From a virus (taxonomy: Duplodnaviria > Caudoviricetes), in the IMG/VR virus record IMGVR_UViG_3300034682_000127, positions 1 to 34,576 of that record: a stretch of 34,576 nucleotides of DNA. One strand, written 5' to 3'. Each line of letters opens with the position of its first letter. Within the stretch, counting starts at the first letter, position 1. A program made the translations under genes and the position numbers. Positions 28,757-34,576 of the stretch are shown here, piece by piece. The notes below the pieces were generated by a model, which saw nothing but the letters and a program-made list of their open reading frames with translations, was not told where the DNA came from and did no database searches.

Positions 28757-29446
28757 ATGGCAGAGCCCAACGCCAAATTTATCACCCGAGCCTACATTGG
28801 CAGCCAAAAAGTGGCTGTCAGTGATCATTGGGTAGTACTGCAAGCCAAAAGCCCAGGCACCTGCCAAATTACCATCAACCAAAGCGCAGAACGCCTTACA
28901 CCTGTAGCCTTTGAAATGGGTTGGGGCGAAATGATAGACCGCGTGTTTTTTGGTTACATCGAACGGATCATGCCAGCAGCCAACGGCCACTACACCGTAT
29001 TTTGCCGCGAACTATCATCAGCGCTGGCCAACAACATCAGCGTAATGCTACGCCACCCAACACTGCGCCAGGTATGCGCCGAAATCACAGCACAAACAGG
29101 CCTTGAATTCGTATTGCCAGAAAAGGCATACACCAACACCGCCATACCAAGCTTTTACGCCGACACCTCAGGCTACGCCATGCTGGACAACTTAGGCCGC
29201 TGCTTCAAAATTCCAGATTTCATCTGGCAACAGCAAGGCAACGGCAAAATCTACTTAGGCAGCTATGCCGATTCATACTGGAACGGCAAAAACATAGCGA
29301 TACCGCAAAACCTGATGACCGAGCAGCAAAACGGAAAAACCGCCACCATACCAGCCACGCCAAAACTACGCCCAAATGCCACCGCCAACGGCCAGCGCAT
29401 TACCAAGGCCGAGTTCAAAGGCACCAACCTGACAATCACCTGGTAA
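28757..29446 (+). CDS. Baseplate hub-like protein
   Basis: FFGYIER, FCRELS, LRHPTL, FIWQQQGNGKIYLGS. Confidence 0.72.
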   Translation: MAEPNAKFITRAYIGSQKVAVSDHWVVLQAKSPGTCQITINQSAERLTPVAFEMGWGEMIDRVFFGYIERIMPAANGHYTVFCRELSSALANNISVMLRHPTLRQVCAEITAQTGLEFVLPEKAYTNTAIPSFYADTSGYAMLDNLGRCFKIPDFIWQQQGNGKIYLGSYADSYWNGKNIAIPQNLMTEQQNGKTATIPATPKLRPNATANGQRITKAEFKGTNLTITW

Positions 29447-29450
29447 AGCT

Positions 29451-30188
29451 ATGGAAGCAATCATCAAAAAATTAGTGTTACGCCTCTGGCCAGAATTAAG
29501 CGCCGGGTTACACCTGCCGCGCTGGGGCCAGGTAGTTGCACTGCCAGAACTGCCAGCCGAAGACGGCGAACGCGGCAGCGACCCGTTTTACCCACGTTAT
29601 GCAGTAGACGTACAACTGCTGGACGAAAACGGCACCGCAACTAAATCCAAAGTACTGCAAGCCGTGCCACTTCCACTCATGGGCGCAGGCGACAAAGCAG
29701 GGCGCATGCAACCACCGGCCATCGGCAGCATTGTCGAAATAGCCTTTGCCTACGGACGCCCGGATAAACCATTTATTCGCACAGTATTACCATTCGGCTG
29801 GAACCTGCCGCCCATCAAAGAAGGTGAGTACCGCACCCAAACCAAAGAAGGCGTATACCAGCACATAGACGAAGCGGGAAACTTTGAAAACAAAACGCCA
29901 GAAAACCTAAAAGACATCATAGGCAAACTGGCCGAACTGCAATGCCAAACACGAAAAGTGATTGCCACCACAGAGCAAGACCACCGCAGCCCAAAAACAT
30001 GGCTGGGCAGCGAAGGGGAAAACGTGCTTAAGTTGCTGTCTGAACTCATGGCAACAGTAAAAGCATTAGCCACCGAATGCGCAGGCCACACCCACGCAGG
30101 GCCAGCCCCTGATCAAGCCGCAGCATTTACCGCCAAAGCCAACGAAGCCCAAGCCCAGAAAAGCAGGCTAGACCCAATCACCAAATAG
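29451..30188 (+). CDS. Baseplate spike-like protein (gpV-like)
   Basis: PELSAGLHLP, YAVDVQLLDE, VEIAFAYGRPDKPFIR, C-terminal HTH (His-x-His) metal motif. Confidence 0.75.
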   Translation: MEAIIKKLVLRLWPELSAGLHLPRWGQVVALPELPAEDGERGSDPFYPRYAVDVQLLDENGTATKSKVLQAVPLPLMGAGDKAGRMQPPAIGSIVEIAFAYGRPDKPFIRTVLPFGWNLPPIKEGEYRTQTKEGVYQHIDEAGNFENKTPENLKDIIGKLAELQCQTRKVIATTEQDHRSPKTWLGSEGENVLKLLSELMATVKALATECAGHTHAGPAPDQAAAFTAKANEAQAQKSRLDPITK

Positions 30189-30318
30189 TCAAAAACATCT
30201 ACGCTGGCCAGCATAGTCAAAAGCAACTGTGCTGCAGCGTAGTTGCAACCGTCTACCCATGCCGGAATACATAGCCAGCCATAACTACAGTCGACAAAAA
30301 ATAGCCAACCGTGACACT
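30185..30318. repeat. Array 2 of the 18-bp palindromic motif RYAGHY-N6-RDCTRY
   Basis: Copies at 30185, 30213, 30239 and 30271, near-match at 30301. Period 26-32 bp. Confidence 0.8.
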
Positions 30319-30416
30319 GCCGGCCGATGAAACTCTGACTTGACGGATATGACATTTTTGCTAATGTGAACTTTCCATAAAGGAAACATTCAAAATAAAT
30401 AACGGAAGAACAGACA

Positions 30417-30764
30417 ATGCATGAAGTGCAAACAAAAGAAGTAGAACAGGAAGACGTAGAAAAGCTTTACCAGTCAGTGTTTAAAGTTGCGAAACATTTT
30501 TTAAATCAGTCAAAGCGTTTTACCATCCACGAATTAGCAATGCATAACGAACCCACATACGACGAAGTGGCAAAGTTGGCAAACAACTTGGCAGCGATTA
30601 TCGGGGTTACAGCAAGTACTGGCGGATGGGAAGAAGAACGGATCGCTTTAAACGCCAGGCAAGCGGCCCTATTTATGGAGCAAATGGCGCTGGCAATTTC
30701 AGCGAAGGACGATAAAGCTTTATATGAAGCTGCCGACAAGCTTGAGAAGATGGACTTTATTTAG
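30417..30764 (+). CDS. Hypothetical accessory (moron) protein
   Basis: Upstream TTGACG and AT-rich leader suggest its own promoter. All-helical appearance. Confidence 0.7.
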   Translation: MHEVQTKEVEQEDVEKLYQSVFKVAKHFLNQSKRFTIHELAMHNEPTYDEVAKLANNLAAIIGVTASTGGWEEERIALNARQAALFMEQMALAISAKDDKALYEAADKLEKMDFI

Positions 30765-30836
30765 TACTATGGCGGCCGTTTAGCGTATAGTTAAACGGCG
30801 TAATTAAAACAGATTACGTATAAACGGGAGCGTCTT

Positions 30837-30956
30837 ATGAAAAATACCAATGAATTCACAAAGAAAAAACTTTTAAAAGAAGGTTTTGCTTGTGTGAAAA
30901 AAATTGAGGCTTTGCTTAAATCTGTAGATGCAAAACTGCTACAGAAAGCAGCCTGA
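30837..30956 (+). CDS. 39-aa basic small protein (absent from the ORF track)
   Basis: GGGAG RBS; MKNTNEFTKKKLLKEGFACVKKIEALLKSVDAKLLQKAA; followed by a terminator. Confidence 0.55.
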   Translation: MKNTNEFTKKKLLKEGFACVKKIEALLKSVDAKLLQKAA

Positions 30957-30971
30957 TAAATTACTTTTGAT

Positions 30972-31000
30972 AAAAGCCGCACCTTGCGGCTTTTTTGTTT
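30972..31000 (+). terminator. Rho-independent terminator
   Basis: AAAAGCCGCA-CCT-TGCGGCTTTTTTGTTT. Confidence 0.85.
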
Positions 31001-31132
31001 TTAGACACCCACATTCCGCAATAAATACCCATTCATCCAGCTCAAGGCAAAAGCCGTCCCTAAACTTGAACAAAAAAACGAAAGCGGCTAGTTTAAGTAT
31101 TCCTTGGGGGAACTGATAAATAGGGATTATTT

Positions 31133-31993
31133 ATGACTAAGAAAAAAGACCACACAGTCGCAGACTCTGAAAAGGCGCTTAATTCACTATTAGGCGTGGT
31201 TGAAGGTATCACCATAGATAGCCTAATCAACCAAGCAGAAATACAGTTTTTAGTAAACTGGATGAACGAGCACCGAATCAACGAAGAACAGCAGCCATAC
31301 AAAGAGTTGATACCATTGGTGGCAGAAGTAGTTTCAGATGGAGTTATTACCAAAGAAGAGCTGCTAAGAATAAAGCGGGTGTGCAACATGCTGGCCGCCC
31401 ACAACTACTTCAGCGAACAAACCGCAGATATACAGCGCCTGCACACATTATTGGCAGGAGTTGCAGCAGATCAGGTTATATCAGTTGAAGAGCTAACCGG
31501 AGTTGCACAGTGGTTAATAGACCATAGCCACCTGCAGAACACCTATCCATACGACGAAGTGCTAACCAAAATAACCACAGTGCTGAAACACAAAGTAATA
31601 GACCAGCATGAGCACAACGAACTGATCAAACTGTTCGGTGAATTCGTTTCAATGTACGACGACAAAACCATTACTAACCCAACAGTGAACGAAAACAGCC
31701 TGTGCGAAACAAACCCGCAGATAAACTTTAACGGCCTGTTCTGCTTCACAGGTAAATCATCCAGGTACAGCCGCACTGACTTCAAAAAGCTGATCACAGA
31801 ACTGGGCGGAAAAGTAACCGACGACATCACTACACGGCTTAACTATCTGGTTATTGGTGACAAAGGCCAGCCACAATGGAAGTTCGGCAGTTATGGCGGC
31901 AAGATAGACGAAGCCATCAAGCTAAAGAAGAACGGCCACCCAATCCTAATAATCCATGAGAAAGACCTGCACGCCGCAGTCGATGCCCGTTAA
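31133..31993 (+). CDS. BRCT-domain protein with duplicated helical (TerB-like) N-terminal region
   Basis: C-terminal FCFTG...R...ITELGGKV...LNYLVIG...YGGKIDEA...IIHE. N-terminal repeats GITIDSLINQAE..L..W and GVAADQVISVEE..V..W. Confidence 0.85.
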   Translation: MTKKKDHTVADSEKALNSLLGVVEGITIDSLINQAEIQFLVNWMNEHRINEEQQPYKELIPLVAEVVSDGVITKEELLRIKRVCNMLAAHNYFSEQTADIQRLHTLLAGVAADQVISVEELTGVAQWLIDHSHLQNTYPYDEVLTKITTVLKHKVIDQHEHNELIKLFGEFVSMYDDKTITNPTVNENSLCETNPQINFNGLFCFTGKSSRYSRTDFKKLITELGGKVTDDITTRLNYLVIGDKGQPQWKFGSYGGKIDEAIKLKKNGHPILIIHEKDLHAAVDAR

Positions 31994-32019
31994 CCTGTAA
32001 ACAACCAACCACCCCCAAG

Positions 32020-32055
32020 AAAAATGGCCGCCGCAAAAAGCGGCCATTTTTATTT
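32020..32055 (+). terminator. Rho-independent terminator
   Basis: AAAAATGGCCGC-N8-GCGGCCATTTTTATTT. Confidence 0.85.
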
Positions 32056-32272
32056 GCCGCCCAACCAACTACATCAGCAAACATCACGGTATCTGTACGG
32101 CATCAAATAAACAGCCTCACTGTAAGCCACCACCACGCGACAAACAAATAAAGACGAAAGCGAACGAAAGTAGGGCGCTGATCACGCATCAGGGCCAACC
32201 AGAGGCGCGAAAACGAGCCAAACGCACCGCATCACGGAAACCAAGGGCAGGGAAAAGCCGCGCCACGGAAAC

Positions 32273-32298
32273 GGCACTCTTCCTCACCCTCCTGCGCG
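32273..32298. other. Putative cos (cohesive end) site
   Basis: GGCACTCTTCCTCACCCTCCTGCGCG resembles the pyrimidine-rich P2-family cos strand (P2 GTGCTTTCCCCGCCTCGCC). Lies in a non-coding gap right of the tail genes, followed by repeated TTTTCAGT motifs. Confidence 0.6.
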
Positions 32299-32692
32299 CC
32301 CTGTTTTTGCGTTTTTTTTCAGTTTTTTGCCCCTACAGTTCATACCCGCAGGCCGCGCCATTTCTAAAGGCTTGCGAGGATCGAAGGATCTGAAAAGAGT
32401 GCTGTTTTTTTCAGTGTTTTTCAGTTTTGCACTATGCCTTTAGTGCAAAGCCAAAAAGCTAAGTGCATGAAATAAAAGCGGATTACCTGGATTCCGTGAG
32501 GTTTTAGCCAAAGCAGCGATTCAGAGGGGACAAGGTAAGTTATTGAAAATAAATAATAAACTCAAAAATAAAACTGAAATAAAAAACGCCTGAAAGGATC
32601 TACATAAAAGCGGGGCACAAAATATACAATTGAAAAAGGCACCGTTTTGACGTACATTAAGCAAATATGAGCAAGCAACAGAGGCAAACAAA

Positions 32693-32980
32693 ATGAGCGC
32701 CATGTTAGACATGAAACAGGACCGGATTAATTTAAGGTTAAAGCCAAGCGCTAAACGCGATTTAGAACGTGCAGCCAGCTTTGAAGGTAAAACAGTCAGC
32801 AGTTTTATTCTCAGCAGCGCATTAGCGCATGCAGAAAAAACCATACACGAACACGAAACCATGCGCCTGAACAAACAGGACTCAGAAGTGTTCTTCGCAG
32901 CGCTTTCAAAACCAGTGAAGTTTAACAGCGCACTGACAGCAGCATTTGCAGAGCATGAAAAACGTGTGACCACTAAATGA
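32693..32980 (+). CDS. DUF1778/RHH antitoxin (TacA/AtaR-like)
   Basis: DRINLRL...LERAA...TVSSFILSSAL...FFAALSKP. Confidence 0.92.
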   Translation: MSAMLDMKQDRINLRLKPSAKRDLERAASFEGKTVSSFILSSALAHAEKTIHEHETMRLNKQDSEVFFAALSKPVKFNSALTAAFAEHEKRVTTK

Positions 32981-33477
32981 CTGAACAGCAAAACCTAATC
33001 ATAAGGCCACTGGACGGCCAGCATAAAAGAGCAGCGTTTACCTGCGGAACACCATCACTGGACCAGTACATTCAAAAGCAGGCAGGTCAAGACATAAAGC
33101 GCCGTGTAAGCCGCGTATTTATTGCAAGTACACAACAGCTTCCTAATGAAATAGTGGGGTACTACACACTATCCAGCATGTCGATAGAGCTAAGCCACTT
33201 ACCGCCTGAAATTACCAAAAAGCTACCACGCTACCCAGTGCCAGCCGCACTTATTGGCAGGCTGGCAGTCAGCCAGAGCGCACAGGGCCAGGGCGTTGGT
33301 AAAATGCTATTGGTTGACGCCATCAAAAGAACAATGGCTGTTAGCCAGGACATCGCCATTTACAGCATGGTAGTAGATGCTATCGACCAAAACGCCCAGG
33401 CATTCTATGAAAGGTTTGGCTTCACCCAGCTAACGACCAATAAAAATCGTTTATTCCTGCCATTACAAACCATCTGA
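32977..33477 (+). CDS. GNAT acetyltransferase toxin (TacT/AtaT-like)
   Basis: FTCGTPSLDQY, GYYTL, PVPAALIGRLAV, QGQGVG, VVDA, FYERFGF. ATGA-coupled to the antitoxin. Confidence 0.93.
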   Translation: MTEQQNLIIRPLDGQHKRAAFTCGTPSLDQYIQKQAGQDIKRRVSRVFIASTQQLPNEIVGYYTLSSMSIELSHLPPEITKKLPRYPVPAALIGRLAVSQSAQGQGVGKMLLVDAIKRTMAVSQDIAIYSMVVDAIDQNAQAFYERFGFTQLTTNKNRLFLPLQTI

Positions 33478-33486
33478 AAGCTTCAA

Positions 33487-33504
33487 TGGGCGCAGCAGCG
33501 CCCA
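33487..33504. terminator. Hairpin between convergent genes
   Basis: TGGGCGC-AGCA-GCGCCCA. Confidence 0.5.
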
Positions 33505-33517
33505 ATCATCTAACGAC

Positions 33518-33901
33518 CTAAGTAGAGCGCTCAATCACCAGCTTTGGCACCTTATCCCAGTTAACGGCTTGCATCAGAAACGGCCAAAACTGAATAGTAC
33601 CCAGGCGAACCAAACGACCATCAGCCAGCAAAACACCATCATCACATACCTTAAGACCAGCCTTACGCCAACTGTATGGAAGCGAATCACCAGCGTAAAT
33701 CATTTCAAGTTGATGCCTGGCTTTAGGCGGAAATCCAGCCTTCAGCCATCGGCGAACAGTGCGGGGGGAAACTAAAAAGAACGAACAAATCTTCTCAATG
33801 TTAGGTATGGATTTAACATCAGTTGAGGTGATCTGAGTGTGTGAGAATCCAGTGAGCCACAATAATTGTTGATCTTTAATAGACCGAGTTTGCATTAACA
33901 T
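33518..33901 (-). CDS. HTH + DUF3653-like protein, candidate XafT-like Xer activation factor
   Basis: HTH IEKICSFFLVSPRTVRRWLKAG.P followed by LPYSWRKAGLKVCDDGVLLADGRLV, similar to the W-x-G..G-x-L-x-x-P-x-G pattern of DUF3653. Starts 140 bp from the dif-like site. Confidence 0.62.
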   Translation of the reverse strand: MLMQTRSIKDQQLLWLTGFSHTQITSTDVKSIPNIEKICSFFLVSPRTVRRWLKAGFPPKARHQLEMIYAGDSLPYSWRKAGLKVCDDGVLLADGRLVRLGTIQFWPFLMQAVNWDKVPKLVIERST

Positions 33902-34040
33902 AGACGTTTCAATTCCATTTAGTTATCTAAATCATGTTTTTCCCAGTTTTAGATAACTGCAAAAAACAGGCCTGTGTTTGGATTTTTTGAACGAACAGGC
34001 TAAAAAACGTTTTTGCTATTAATTATTGATGACTTACTTC

Positions 34041-34068
34041 ATTTAACATAATAATCATTATGTGATAC
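34041..34068 (-). repeat. Right dif-like site (attR), both arms well formed
   Basis: Minus strand GTATCACATAA-TGATTA-TTATGTTAAAT, compared with E. coli dif GGTGCGCATAA-TGTATA-TTATGTTAAAT. Confidence 0.88.
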
Positions 34069-34197
34069 TTAATATATTGGAGGTATCAATCAGATACCTC
34101 TATTTACAGCGTTAAACTCGTTAATTAGAACACATGCCCAAGCTATGCAGGAAAACCATACACATCAACGCCTATGGTTTCCTGATCAAGATGAAGA

Positions 34198-34563
34198 TTA
34201 ATTGCGGGAAATCAGTTTAATACCGCCATCGTAACATTCGGTTGTTTTGTCTGAATCCGATATCACCTGGATATGATCAAAACCGCCGGCTGGCGCTGAC
34301 TTCTCCAACAAGTCGGTAAAGTCATCGGCTATGTCGCTGATTTCATCACCTTTTTGTTCTAAAGCTGCAAAATGTGGTTTGTAACGACTTGTGATTTCCT
34401 GAATTTCTTCGGCTAATTTGTGTTGTTCTGCCATTTTAACTTTATCTATCCGAATACTGTATTCATCTTCCTGATGCATAAGATCTGAAAGCTCAGCCAT
34501 ACGTTCGCCGTGCTGCTCCATTTCTGCTTCAAAAGCTTTTAAAGGTAAATGCAACTCTTCCAT
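34198..34563 (-). CDS. Hypothetical acidic coiled-coil protein outside the prophage (may be 5'-partial)
   Basis: 121-codon ORF at the window edge; no recognised motif. Confidence 0.5.
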   Translation of the reverse strand: MEELHLPLKAFEAEMEQHGERMAELSDLMHQEDEYSIRIDKVKMAEQHKLAEEIQEITSRYKPHFAALEQKGDEISDIADDFTDLLEKSAPAGGFDHIQVISDSDKTTECYDGGIKLISRN

Positions 34564-34576
34564 TTGTTGCTCAACA

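Larger units (their letters stand above)
208..34068. mobile_element. Complete P2-like (HP1/K139-type) prophage without integrase, bounded by dif-like direct repeats
   Basis: Full P2-family gene set between two copies of ATTTAACATAATAATCA (208-224 and 34041-34057). Repeat-to-repeat distance is 33,833 bp, typical of P2-like genomes. Confidence 0.9.

Noticed and set aside
30185-30318. CRISPR array or integron attC cassette array
   Set aside because: Units are degenerate 18-bp palindromes with 8-14 bp gaps. There are no identical repeats with 30-40 bp spacers, no cas genes, and no RYYYAAC/GTTRRRY ends.
33902-34068. CTX-type attP formed by two inverted dif-like sites folding as ssDNA
   Set aside because: I found no second, inverted XerC/D site near either end. 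The two sites are direct repeats.

Overview
The window holds an apparently complete ~33.8 kb P2-family prophage of the HP1/K139 type from a gammaproteobacterium. Gene order: early genes with Dam and Dcm methyltransferases, rolling-circle initiator gpA with internal ori, a third (frameshifted) adenine methyltransferase, Ogr, portal/terminase/capsid, contractile tail, pesticin-type lysin, beta-helix tail fibre, a BTLCP lipoprotein, accessory genes, a cos-like site and a GNAT toxin-antitoxin pair. Three things stand out. (1) No integrase, Cox or CII is recognisable. The prophage is instead bounded by two directly repeated dif-like XerC/XerD sites (208-235 and 34041-34068), with an inovirus-type HTH repressor inside the left end and an HTH/DUF3653 (XafT-like) gene inside the right end, so this looks like a tailed phage that integrates through host Xer recombination. 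(2) An unexplained 18-bp palindromic motif, RYAGHY-N6-RDCTRY, occurs in two arrays (around and inside the third methyltransferase gene; after the last tail gene) and singly after two late genes. (3) The small terminase has no start codon for its conserved N-terminus and seems reachable only by a -1 frameshift at A_AAA_AAG from an upstream acidic ORF. Family assignments come from recalled motifs and synteny, not database searches.
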